Position numbers and translations under genes: made by a program | The notes under the pieces: generated by a model | Seen by the model: the letters and a program-made list of their open reading frames with translations, nothing else | Told to the model about the DNA's origin: nothing | Database searches by the model: none | Shown: positions 45,701 through 57,867 of the stretch, piece by piece | Layout: each line of letters opens with the position of its first letter | How positions within the stretch are numbered: position 1 is the stretch's first letter | Source: Paraspadella gotoi | Taxonomy: Eukaryota; Animalia; Chaetognatha | NCBI GenBank assembly: GCA_051294375.1 | Contig: CM119264.1 | Location: forward strand, 2,435,631-2,499,630 | Length of the DNA stretch: 64,000 nucleotides | Reading direction: 5' to 3'

Positions 45701-48337
45701 AAAGGAGCGATGGAGGCCGGAGCGGGGATTCTGAAACGCCCAAGCTTCACCCCCAAATCCCCCCTTTTTTTCGACCTGGAGACTCAAAACTGATGGACGA
45801 AACTACGGAAACTCTGGCGGAATCGAAGGATTCGATAATTTTTAGGATTCAGTTTTTATAAAATTAGGAAACTTTTTTTTAAATGCAAGCCATCCAAAAA
45901 ATCGATCCTAAGAGGCCCCCCTTTTTAAAGACGACCTGTTCATTGAACAGTGTTCAACCACCCACCATCCCATCTTCCACCATCCCGTCGCAACCGGGAC
46001 GAGACTCCCGTCTTCCTTCCCGAGCCGCGGCCCCGTGGCGCGAGTGGGACGGTTTTTTGATCGAGCGACGTTAATCAATTATTCATGGCGCTCATTCAAA
46101 ATCCCGCCTTCACTCTCTCCTATTTATAATCGATTCCCAGTCTGCCTCCTGAATTAATGAGCTCGAGAACAAGTGGGGATAGAGGATGAATTAATCGGGA
46201 GGGGTAAAGACTAAAAAGTCTGCAGGGTAAGTTGGGGAACTTTTTACTTTTTAAAGGTCGTGAGAAATTTAGGAATTATATAGTAATGTATAATTCAGAT
46301 AAGTATTTCAGTTTAAGTTGAATTGAATCTTCGAATTGTAACTTGTTAATTTAAATTGGCTTTTGCAATTTTATAATAATGAGGGCCATATTTCATCATA
46401 TAAAACAAGTCAATAGAAATCTTTTGTCCTTTTTTTAAATTCCAATTTTTAAAAACGAATTCTAATAATTTTTTAATTTTTTATGATAAATGGGTTAATA
46501 ATAACTTTTAATAAAAACATTAACAATATCTATACCGCACTTCTGCTAGTTTGTAAACTGTTCCGCTTTACTATATAGCTATTGCACACAGTTCAACATT
46601 AAAACAACTAATAAGCCGAAGACATAATTGATTTTACATTGTATAATATACTTATACTACATCTACATCCGAGATGTAATAGACAAGCAATCACCTTTCG
46701 CAACCCCCATATTTTTATCTTCTCTTTTGCTTTTCTCTTTTCTACTGTTCTGTTGTTACTCTACTCTGGGTTGTTTCGCTTTTTGGAGAAAAGCCGACTC
46801 AAAATGTTCGTGATAATTTTTTTATCTTTAAACTTTAATTACCATTTCAAGTAGGCTATCGATGGAAACATTTGAATTGTCAAAAATTATCTATACCTAA
46901 ATCAATTCGAATTTAAGCCTTTTGATCAGGGTTCAGACATATATTTAACCGAACAGTATCATCTTTACTAGGATATAGTTCTTGTGAATGTCAAAACTGC
47001 ATACAATACAATGTTATTAGGTGAAATGGAAGTAGCAGAAACAATTTACAACACATTTGGGGTCGTTGAAGTTGTAGTTCATTCATTATCAGAGCTTGTC
47101 TTTATCTTTCACTTACAAAGCTAACGAAGCTCTCTACAAACAACCTTAATGCCGCAATACAGAAATACTTATGAAATAAAAAAGCCCATGGAAAGGATTC
47201 AAGATGTTTTTGTCGTCTTCTCCTTGGACAATACCCCCCAGCATTGAAAAAAATCGAGAAATCTTTGCCACCAAATTAGAAGCAATCCCAAATAGTTCTA
47301 AAATGCATGCAAGTAAATAGACTGAAATGATTATGATGGCGTCATATTTGTACAAGGAAAATTATTCATGCAATCAGTGGAATGTAAATTCTCTTGAATG
47401 CATCCAATCGTTAAAATTTATTCAACACTAAAAGTTAGTTTCTTCATTCTTACAAATAATATTATTTAAAATAGATAAAAAATAACGTTTGTTAGGATCT
47501 GTAGAGACCATAATAAAATGCTAAAGTGCCTCAATGTTATAGTAAACAACGAACAGCCAATAAATATTATTTGTCTCCTGCTTTAAAGCGACAAAAAATC
47601 TTACTCCGGACTCCAGCATCAACCGTGATATAGTTACTAGTTTTAGAAACTTTGGAACCTGTCGGATACACGCCAATATTCATGACATCAAAATACAGGA
47701 TACTTGACGTCATGGCCGCTCGATTAATTTTCTTATGAAATCTTTCAGTTTTACAATGTAGCATAAAAGAGTAAAGGAAAATAGACGTCAACGTCGGAGA
47801 GCTTAATCATCACTAAGATCTGATTCATCTACTTTATAGGAGTACGATTTATGACAACTTTTGGGCCACATAGACATGGCCAAATACTAATCACAGTAGC
47901 GAAAATAGTCTAAAAATTTTAAATTCATAGTTTAATGTTCAAAAGAAGAATAAGAGGATGCGTTATGATGCCGACTTCAATAACATTTCATTCTCGTACG
48001 TTAATTTCAGAAAAATAAATGAGTAAAATTGGTCGAACAAGATTTATCAAAATCACGCCGGGTATATTTTTTTTGGGTTTGTTTTAGTTTCGATTTTATT
48101 AACTCAAGTTTTAACTTACTAATTTTTTCGAAGCTTCAAAAAGGAGTAAAAGACTAGATAAAGCATAGGAATTTTTTCTTTTTTTTTTTCGTTGGAGGGT
48201 GGGTGCGAGAACGGAGTGGCCCATTTCCATTGTGTCCATTCACTTGATGACTTTTTTATATGAATTTCATTACACTTCCCCAATCCCCACCCCCCAGATG
48301 ATCACGCGCGAACGCACCCATTAGAAAAATAAAGATT

Positions 48338-51300
48338 TCACGTGTCGACGGAGACGTGATTGATGCCTTCGGGCGTGGCCACGTGCGTTCCGTTTCCCGT
48401 CGGCGTCGCCGATCCGGACGAGATGTTTCCTCCGCCGCCGCCTGCTCCAACGAAGAGCGGCGAGGGCGTGCTGCTGCTGCTGCCGCCGTCTGCGGAGGGG
48501 GATTCGACTCGAAATATAGGAGGCTCGCAGCGACGCAGCGCGCGGCCGCGAGACTCACCCGCGTTCCTGCTGCCGGATTTCGAAGGGTGATGGCCGCTTC
48601 CCGCCGCGGCGTGCGTCAACATGTGGGAGGTGAGGTACTTGGCCAAAGAGAAACTCTTTCCGCAATCCATACAAGTGTGAACCTACGAAGAGAAGGAAGA
48701 AATTTTAATTAATACTTTGCGGCGGTATATTCACACCGCCTCACGTCCTCCATCGTTCAGCCAATACCATTGGTTCAGAGGGGGGAACACACCATCCCAA
48801 GCGTTGTGTTCCGTCTACAGTCCAAACGACTTCCCTCTGCGTTGGCAAAGCGATACCGTCCTAGGGTAACCGCGCCAGTGACTGGAGGCGTCACTAAGGG
48901 TCGGAAGCCCCCAAAGCCAACATTGAGATGCTCCATCCCAATGGGCATCACAGGCAACCCGGCTGTTGCCATAAATCGTGGGCCCAACTATCAAACACGC
49001 AACCTTCTCAAGGTACGCTACGACAAACGCCTATGCCCTACTGATTTCCTAACACCTTCCCTCTGCGTTGGCAAAGCGAGACCGTCCTAGGGTAACTGCG
49101 CCAGTGACTGGAGGCGTCACTGAGGGTCGGAAGCCCACAAAAAGCCAACAGTGAGATGCCCCATCCCAATGGGCATCACAGGCAACCCGGCTGTTGCCAT
49201 AACTTCTAATTGCTTAATACCTACACTTTAAAAACACGACCTGTTGCGCATGCGCAGAATTCGAGACGTGATGCGCGGCTCCATGCGGCGCGTGCGGAGT
49301 TCCCCCGGAAGACGACGAGGCCGAGGGTGAAGGGATCCCGCCGTGAATCACCTGAGAGGGGAGCGAAAAAGTTCAAGATCTTGCCGTATTCACGATATCA
49401 ATTTATACTTTATTTGGCAAACGTGCGTAAATATAGGGGTTAAGAGTTATCGACCTAGTAGTACCTCATATTTTTGCAGTTGTTGCAAGTGCTGTTGCTG
49501 CACGGCTGCTGCGACTACGGCGGCGGCGGTTTTGGAGTGACTGACGGTGGAATTAGAGGTGGAGGCGTTGTTTAGCTGGTGGGCGGCGGGGGAGGCGCTT
49601 CCCGAGATGATGGCGTAATGGGAGGAAGAAGAAGAGGACGGGGGATGAAGCACGGATCGGTGCCGCAGCAAATCCGTCCGAGAGGCAAACGCGATGTTAC
49701 ACTCTTCGCAAATGTTTTTCTCCGCTGATAAAAAGATAAAGAGTTGAAAAATTGAGACAATTCTCTTGATAGGGAAGATATTTTAGGGACGGGTTTTGGT
49801 TGATGATACGTCACCAATCGCCAAGAATATCACTTCAACAACTGTTTTCGAAGTAATATTACCAATCCGAAAATCATCACTAATTCCTAACCCCCACTCC
49901 ACCCTGTGATCCTATTTAATCACCTTTGACGACGGTCCTCTCTATCGGACCGGCGGCGTTGAGCACCAAATTAGCGCCGCTCGTCGAGGGCGCCCCGATA
50001 GCGGCGTTCTGCTGCGCGTGGGTCGCCGCGTGCTTCTTCAGCGTCTCTTTGTGGGCGAAGGCGCGCCCGCACTCTTGGCACACGTGACTTCTTTCTCCGC
50101 TGTGGGTCAGCATGTGACGAGTGAGGTCTCCCTTTTGCGAGAAGCCCTGATATTAAGTGGATAGGAAGCACTTGATTCAGGGCTAGTTGTCTGGAAGAAA
50201 CTTTCGTGAAGATTCATCATCGGACTTTTATTCATTTGAATAAATTGACAAATAAAACATTTCACTACGTGTGTATTGATTTATTATTCATTGCCTTTCC
50301 TTTTCGGCTATCATGAGTTATTAATGATTATAGGAGAGGTGTTGGGTTACTGATCGGTTTTGTGGTTCTTGATCATTGTGTTTCTCTTCTGATCTATAAC
50401 AGTGTAGAATCCATGGTGCACTGTCAATGCACGGCCGCCCGTGATCAATCATTCACTGGTTGGAGCGAGACTTTCTGCCACGCCTTGAATCTCGGTGACA
50501 CTCCTTTGGTAACCCACACTCATCATTACCCGTTAGGGGGTACGCAGGATTCGCCCCTTAACCTAGTGTTTTATGATTTTTTGGCTAATGCGAGGGCCTA
50601 ACAGGGATCTAAAACTCAGGATGCGAAGAGAAAAAAATAATAAACATAAATAAAAAATAAGGCCATCTTGATAAAACCGTAATTCCACTTGAACATTTGC
50701 GCCGTTTTTTTAAAAAGCTTTTTGAGATTTAAAGATAATCCTTTTAAAATTTAATGAGCCTAAGTACAAATGGCATGACCTTACCACCTGTTTGGTTGAC
50801 ATCGTTCGAAAGGAAGAACAACCCAAAAAAAAAAAAAAAAAAAATCGTACGATGAAAAGAGGATATAAAAACTGAAGTTTGGCAGTAATAAAGCATTTTG
50901 AAAGAAAACCCGCTCAAAACAAATAATGTTAACTCAAAATCTGATCGTATTTTTTTGCTGCGTCGTCGCTTTAGAAAGAAGCGTTGATGCCTTAAAAATC
51001 CACGACAATGTCAGCGAGACAAAACCACAAAAACGGGGATATCTTGAGGTGACTTGACAGAAATATTGGCAAAGTCCAAGCTTTTTTTGAATAATATCGT
51101 TCCAGTTGTTTCATTGCGCATTGCCGACCTTAAAATGATCTTTTTTATTCCAAGTTCATATTTCCTGGAACGAAATGGTGCGGACCGGGTGACGTCGCCA
51201 AAAGCTACGACGACTTGGGCGAACTCGAGGAGATCGACAAGTGCTGCCGTCAACACGACAATTGCCCCAAAGACATCGAGGCTTTCGAATTAAAGTATCA

Positions 51301-53932
51301 CTACTTCAATTACAGGTAAGGGCAAGCGAAACTTTCATCGCCGGAATCTTGTAAAAAGAAATAATTATCAAGAATTTCAACAAGAATTTCATCAAATATA
51401 AACTTTTTGTAAAAAGGCCTTTTACGGTGACGCACTGTACCTGCGACGAGATATTCTTCAACTGCCTCAAAAGCGTCAAAGGCCACGAAGCCAAATACAG
51501 CAACGAAATCGGAATGATTTTCTTCGCCGACGTACGGACTGACGGACTTTGACGATTAACCGACCCAAAACGCCGCACGATCATTTAGTAGATAAATAAT
51601 CACTTTTTAGGCGGAACTACCCTGCTTTCGCTTGGAGCCCGGCCAAACGTGCAAAAGATGGCAATTCATCTTCGATTGCGTGGAATACGCGCCGGCGGAA
51701 GTGGCCAAGATCTACACTTACTTGGAGGGACGTTGGAGACACGTCAACTCCACCTCCGACATTCCGAATAAACCCGACATGCAGAAAATCAATTGAAGTC
51801 TTATCTTTTGTCATTCCCGTTTGATAAATTATTTTAGTATTTCATATTTGTACAATACACTCACCTTCTGACAAACGCTGCAGACGTGAGGTTTTTGTCC
51901 TGAATGAGTTAACATGTGACGAGTCAAATCGCCTTTCTGCGAAAACGCTTTGGTGCATTCCTTGCAGATGTGAGGTCGTTCGCCGGTATGAGTCAAAAGA
52001 TGCCGTTTCAATGTCACCTTGAGCGAAATATGACAATAATAGAGTATATAATACGGAATAAAAACCAGAACTGGCAAGTTTAAAGCGTTGCCCCGCAATG
52101 ACTTTCTTTCATAAACGTATTTTCAAATGATCACGTGATTAGTATGAAACCTATCCGCAAGAAACATCTTGGGGCCAATTACTTTTCTGATAAGTATCAA
52201 GTCTAAAATAACTATTTTTTTAACAATACTGCATTAAATTTTTAGTTATATGATAGCTTTTTTAAGCGATCACGCGACTGTACAAATATGATGCATATGA
52301 AGATTAAAGTTCCTAACAAATACAAAATTAATTCATAAAATATTACTCGAATTATAAGCATTAAAAATGTAAGTGGGATAGACCAAACGACCAACAAGTT
52401 GCTCCGCGAGTTCTCGCAGCGCAACTAAGTTACTAATAAGATAAAGAAATTGGTCAAAAAAAAAAGATAAAAGAAAAAAAAGTGTTTGTTCGAACCTTAT
52501 GCGTGAAGGCTTTCCCGCACTCGGAGCACTTGTGAGGCTTGTGCCCTGAATGGATGAGCATGTGCCTCCTGAGGTCTCCCTTTTGAGAGAAGCCCCTCCC
52601 GCACTGGCGACAGATATGGTCCTTGGGATTCGCCGCGCCGGACGAGTTCGTCGTAGTCTTCCTTCCGGCGCCAGACGCCGTCGACGTCGCCTCCGAATCG
52701 TTGGACGACGATGTCACGACGAGGGCGCCGCCAGCAACAGAAGCGTTCGTCTGGTAGACGACGAGGGCGCCGCCGGTCGCCGCCACGGCCGCGTGGGCGT
52801 CGGGCGAAAGAACCGCCGCAGTCGCCGCCCCGCCGGAGGAAGAAGCGGAGGAGGCATTGCCGGTGGAGCCGACGGCGGCGCCGGCGTCGGCGGCGACGGA
52901 ACCGGACGCCACGTATGGAACCAGCGCCGGGGTTGGCGCCATGTGAAGAGGAGGAGGAGGCGGCGCTAGAGCGATGGTGGCAGTCTTGGACCCGACGCGG
53001 GAGGCGACGGCCTCGAGCGTCGTCACTTGCGGAGGCTCGCCGGGCGCCCCGGAAGTCAACACAAATTGCTGACCGGAAACGTGGGAGTCCTGGGGACGAG
53101 AAATAAATGAATTTTAAGTTCAGATATGAGCGAGAGAGAGAGAAAGATACTTACCGAAGCGCTGCCAGACGTCGCGGCTCCGTGGTGAACTAACGTGGAC
53201 ATTAACTTGGCGTCGAGGCGACCCAAATCGAGCTTACCCTGTCGTCATAGAATGACACGTTTTCATTAGGAAACAAAAAAAAAAAACTACTATGAAGACA
53301 AGGAATGAAATCCTTGGATATTTTCTCTACTCGCCTGAGTGACCGTGGGGGACGAGGACGGGTTGGGGTGAACGAGATTAACGTTGGCGGCGTTTGTTCC
53401 GTGACCCGTGGCCGACGCCATCGTGAAGGTCGCCATCTGCGACGTCGGAGCCAGTGATCCCAGTGAAACCACCGTCGTTCCCGGATGGTGAACCGTGGCG
53501 GAGGAAGCGGCGGAGGTGGCGTTCTGAGAATTAACGGCGGCGGCCATCGCCGCCATTTGCGAGGAAGTGGGAACCGTGACGCGGAGGTAGCCGCCGCTCG
53601 ACTCAGCTTTGATGAACTGATGACGAATAGCGTCGAAGATTAATCTTTAATTCTGAATGGAATTATGATTCTTATCGAAACCCCCCCCCCTCGCCTTTTG
53701 GGGGAGATAAAAGGCTAATGTGGGGGGGGGGGGTTTCGTATAGAGAATCGATGGTCGTTATCATCGATCATCACACTATAGTAGGGAAGTCGCACCTGCT
53801 GGGCGTTGAGTTCCGAGGAGGCGATGCCGAGCAGCGCCTCGTGGGGGATGCAGGCGATGAAGGATGTCGGGTTGTTTGGATTCTCAGAAGTCGACGACGT
53901 CGACGTCAACATCGACGATGAGACCAAACCAC

Positions 53933-53998
<66 letters not shown>

Positions 53999-56900
53999 AG
54001 GGCTTGTGAGAAGGCGGGAGATTGATCATTCAAAAGGGGAAAAATTACACCACAATCAAAATTTCTATTCTTGCTGTCTAATTGTTCCTAAAGCTCATCG
54101 ATTGTCTTTGTGAATATACTAAGTTTTAAACATAATTATTGTCCCGTTATAAATTATAAACATATTTTTCAGCAGTTGAAAATCATTTACATAATGATGT
54201 ACATAATCTACAACAAAATATTTTGGCCTCCGACCTGGAAGGCTCGTCAGGTTCCCGCCCACGATGGGATGAATCTGTGTGACTAGTCCCTGCAGCTGTT
54301 GTCCGTTGGCGCCGGGAGAGGCTTGCACGGAAATCGTCTGCGGCTGCTGCTGCTGCTGCGGGTGCGAGGCGCCGCCGCCCGGAAGGTAATTCTGCAGCAA
54401 CGCCTGCTGAATTCGCTCGACGCTTTCCTGCAGCAAACCCGTCGTCTCCATTCGGCCTTCGATCTGTTGCTTCAACCGTCGAAAAAGAAGATAACAAATA
54501 AACGACAAACATTTTTTAAAAGCTCAAAAATAAAATTGACTACACCCACCAAACTGTTGGGAATGCTTTGGTGATTCTCTTCGGACGTTTGATGCTCCGG
54601 CTGTTGATGCTGTTGTTGCTGCAAGTGTTGCAACTGTTGCGCTTGAACGGATATGGCGGTGGAGCGTTTCAAGGCGCGGCGCGGCCGGTTCTCCGTCGCC
54701 GCCGCCGCCGCCGCCGCCGCCGAGCCCGAGACGACCGTCGGCGATCGGGAATTCGTCATTGACTCGGGAAGATGAGTCGCTCGATCGAGAATCTATCAAC
54801 GTAAATATAAAACAAATTCATAAACTATGAAATTATAACGGAATATATAACTCAAATGACATTTAATTTTTTAACCTGCATCGACGGCTGGGGCGACGAA
54901 GCGTTGGAACTCGCCCTCCCTGAGTGGTGGGGGTGGTGATGATGATGATGGTGGTGACTGTTGACTTGCGGGGGTGACTGAACTACGAGCGGTAACACTC
55001 CGCCTCCCGAGGCGGAGGAGGGCGAAGGCCCGCCGACAGAGTGTGCGGGGGTGTTGTACTGGGCGGTAGAAGAGTGCGATCCCCCTGTGGCGTTGCCCGA
55101 GGAGTGACTCCCGTCCATGTGAATGCCGTGTAGACCGTGATGACCGTGGTAATGACTGAAGAGAGAAATTATTATAAAATGAAGATTGATTCATTCACCA
55201 AATTAGTACCCCGTCTAGACGGCGTCACTGACCTCGGAGGAGTCGACGCCGCCGGCGCGTGACTCGGCGTCAAATCTCCGGCGCGAATCACGTCTTCCGG
55301 ATGAAGTACTTGATTCCTGGCGCCGGGATTTCCCGAATCCGACTTGTGCGTGGAGGCGTGGGAGGGAGTAGGGGTAGAGACTGGGAGCGGCGCCAGAGCC
55401 AGCACCTCCGAAGGTCTGAGGTGGTGGTCGCCGTGGTGACTCGCCTGACGGATTCATATTTTGTGAAGATTAAATTATAACATTTTGGAAGACTAAGTTT
55501 CGCCCCAGATTTCAAGCGTTCCGTGCATCGTTGTGAATGGCCGCTTGAACCGCTTGGTCATTTCTCCGCTTGGGTTTTTTAAAGGCCTCTCTTAGCGATA
55601 ATCGGATTTTTATTTAAAACTTGTCATATGTCAATTGTGGCGAATCATAACTTCGCCTCCCGTATAGCTTGGTGAAACTCAGCTCGTCCCATTGGCTTGG
55701 ACAGCCGAGTACTCGTTCACCAACCGTGAGTTCCTGGTTCAAACCCCTCACGGTCACGCTGGTTAAAGTGTGATGGTGTCGGCATAAACACGCCAGTGAC
55801 ATGGGGTGGTCACTGCAGGTCCAAAGCCTTGAGCGCCAGCTGTCGGGAGATGCCTCACACCCCGGGCTTCACACATGTCTCCCCATTGCCATACAGTAAC
55901 CTTTAATATTAACTTCTCTCTTTTTCCTTGATCAGGTCTTCGATACGTAGCATTGCTAGGGAGGCCTTCAAAGCACACGCGTTAATGAGTTGGTAATTGC
56001 TTTCGTGACTGATTCGTGACGATAGAGCCAAACTTCGTCAATGGGGTGGGTCAGAAGTTTGATTTGGGAACCTTTCCAAATGAAACTTCATACATTTCTG
56101 AGAAAACTTTCAATGGAGCAAAATTTTCTAAAATGGCAAGAAGCATTAGTAATTAATTTTTTAATATTTATTTATAGATAGGAAATGTCAAAAATTTTTT
56201 TTTGAATTTTTATTTTTAAAAGCAGATTCAAATAGCTTATGAAAAGTTATCTACACAAAGTATAATTCTTTTTTCAATATTTTGATGATAAGTGGGTTTA
56301 AATTGAGAAAAACCTTAAAAAATCATCATCATCATCATCATCCGATGATTTTAGCAGTTTTTACTAATTTTTAGTAATAAAACATCAAAATTTTAAAAAG
56401 TTGTAATTATATTTTTTGCTTAACTTTTTAAGCTCTATCAGAATCAATTAAAAAACTTAAAATATCCAAAAAAAATTTTTGACATTATATAGCAATAAAA
56501 TAATATTAATTAGCAAATTACTCATGGTTCGGAACATTTTTGTAAAAAAATATTTTAACACAATAATTATACCAATAATGGATTAGTTTAATGCTGTTCC
56601 CATTAAAATTTGAATTTGGTCGGCTACCTCTAGTGACGATGACCCACAGATGTCGTGCCGCACTTACCACCGAAGCGGCCCGGTCGGCCGTGACCAAGTC
56701 GCGATGGAAATCGTGGACGGGAGAGAAAAGATGCGCCGCCGACTGAGACACCGTCCGCGCGTCGAGGCTGCGGATCTCCATTCGCTTTACGCGGGCGTCA
56801 AGTTCTGGAGGGAGGAGTGGGAGGTGAAGTGAATGAGAAGGGAAGAAAATGGAGGGAGAAAAAAGTGAGGAAAGGATAAAAAGAAGAATATAAGAAGAAT

Positions 56901-57249
56901 GCACACATTCCAACTTTGAACTAGGCTTTTTTTTTCTCCCGTTGATCTTTAGCAATCCCTTACCCAGCACGTATTTCTGAAGTAGAAGGAGCTGAGTCTC
57001 CAATTTGGTGTATTGCTCCATGAATTTGGTGGAGAGGGTCATCGCGCAGCCGCAGGGGCACGTTTGAGGGCCTTGGGTGCCGAGCGAGGGTTCCCCTCCC
57101 ACTGCAGGAAGGGTACAACAAAAAATAAGGGTTTGGAAGATGAAATTAGAATTAGTGAGAGATCGGGGAGAACCCTCCGATTAACGAAAGGTCACTCTCA
57201 CTCTCACTCACCCGCAGCCGTCGTCAACGCGTAAGCTGGCAACTCCATT
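48338..57249 (-). CDS. C2H2 zinc-finger transcription factor (about 6 fingers) with a long low-complexity N-terminus, many exons
   Basis: Exon 1 [12 protein letters not shown]. Fingers [46 protein letters not shown] and HTCMDC, with TGERP/SGQKP linkers. Confidence 0.88.
48841..48921 (+). ncRNA. Twister ribozyme (P5-permuted), with G>T at the conserved GA
   Basis: GTTGGC..GCGA-TA-CC-G-TCCTAGGG-TAA-CCGC-GCC-AGTGAC/GTCACT-AA-GGG-TCGGAAGC-CCC..GCCAAC. Confidence 0.65.
49067..49149 (+). ncRNA. Twister ribozyme (P5-permuted)
   Basis: GTTGGC..GCGA-GA-CC-G-TCCTAGGG-T^AA-CTGC-GCC-AGTGAC/GTCACT-GA-GGG-TCGGAAGC-CC..GCCAAC; the pseudoknot pairs GG with CC. Confidence 0.75.
50926..51796 (+). CDS. Group III (bee-venom-type) secreted phospholipase A2, 4 exons (50926-51048, 51155-51315, 51417-51531, 51611-51796), nested antisense in the zinc-finger gene
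   Basis: Signal peptide and propeptide ending KR; [13 protein letters not shown] (Ca loop); [10 protein letters not shown] (catalytic HD); [13 protein letters not shown]. All introns are GT-AG and in phase. Not present in the ORF track. Confidence 0.93.
53935..53992. repeat. (GA)n microsatellite at a zinc-finger gene 3' splice site
   Basis: On the minus strand (TC)n runs directly into CAG|GTGG. Confidence 0.95.
55655..55900 (+). mobile_element. tRNA-headed SINE-like element carrying a twister ribozyme
   Basis: A-box-like TAGCTTGGTG (55665), B-box GGTTCAAACC (55736); its 3' part GAGATGCC...GGGC.TCACA...TTGCCATA is shared with the 48830 and 49056 repeats. Confidence 0.7.
55758..55840 (+). ncRNA. 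Twister ribozyme (P5-permuted), apparently intact
   Basis: P5 GCTGG/CCAGC; P2 GTGT/ACAC; GA; pseudoknot TG/CA; P1 TGTCGGCA; T^AA at 55785/55786; GCC; P3 AGTGAC/GTCACT; loop TCCAAAGC. Confidence 0.82.
56022..56633 (+). mobile_element. AT-rich ~600 bp interspersed repeat, copy 1
   Basis: Aligns end to end with the reverse complement of 58368-58958. Confidence 0.85.
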
Positions 57250-57867
57250 GCGACGCAACGCCCCGCTCGATTCGAAACGCGCGCAGTTTGGCTTTAGAGC
57301 GGGTCAGAGGGTGGCCATGACGACGGTCCACACTTTTGGCCAAGGGACGACACTCTCGACTCGAGGACGAGCCCCTTTTTCCTTTGCTAGCGACTATCCT
57401 TCATCGTGGGAGAACGGGAGGAGTTTTTTCGTCACTAAGTTTCTTAATTTCGAGGCAGAAGGAGTCGACTTCATTTTCACATTCGAAAGAATAAAAACGA
57501 CGCGTATTTTGGTAGAGAAATTCGGGGCTTCTTCCTTCGTCTATTTCAACAGAGTCGTCGTCGGAGGCAGCCGATTTACTGATGCCATTTGGTCGGGAGG
57601 TTGATAGACGCGCCATCGTGCGAAGACGGGGAAAGACTGACCAATCAGAAGGCAGAATTTCAACGCGAGGACCTCAATGGCGCCATAAAAATTAGGAACG
57701 TCAAAACGTTCGATTCTCAATTCGAGGGGAAAAAAAGCGAGGGATTTTCAAATTTACTGACAACGACACTAAATTCGTGATTACTAATTGTAGAGATTAG
57801 TATTGAAGGGACAAAAGAAATATATCATCTAATATCGTGAAGAGAGTTTGGACCGAAATGAGGAAAT

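Larger units (their letters stand above)
48830..49202 (+). mobile_element. Tandem twister-ribozyme element: two ~145 bp direct repeats, period 226 bp
   Basis: Repeats at 48830-48974 and 49056-49202, each containing a twister-like core. Confidence 0.75.

Noticed and set aside
46620-47900. Several short AT-rich ORFs on both strands
   Set aside because: Neither strand nor exon structure could be established; an orphan gene cannot be excluded.
48770-49090. ORFs over the tandem repeat, or an HDV-like ribozyme or CRISPR interpretation
   Set aside because: There are only two long repeats, no spacers or cas genes, and no HDV topology; the twister fold explains the sequence.
56518-56545. YKNVPNH resembling Ran YKNVPNW (second Ran copy)
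   Set aside because: Chance translation inside the AT-rich repeat; no other Ran motifs nearby.
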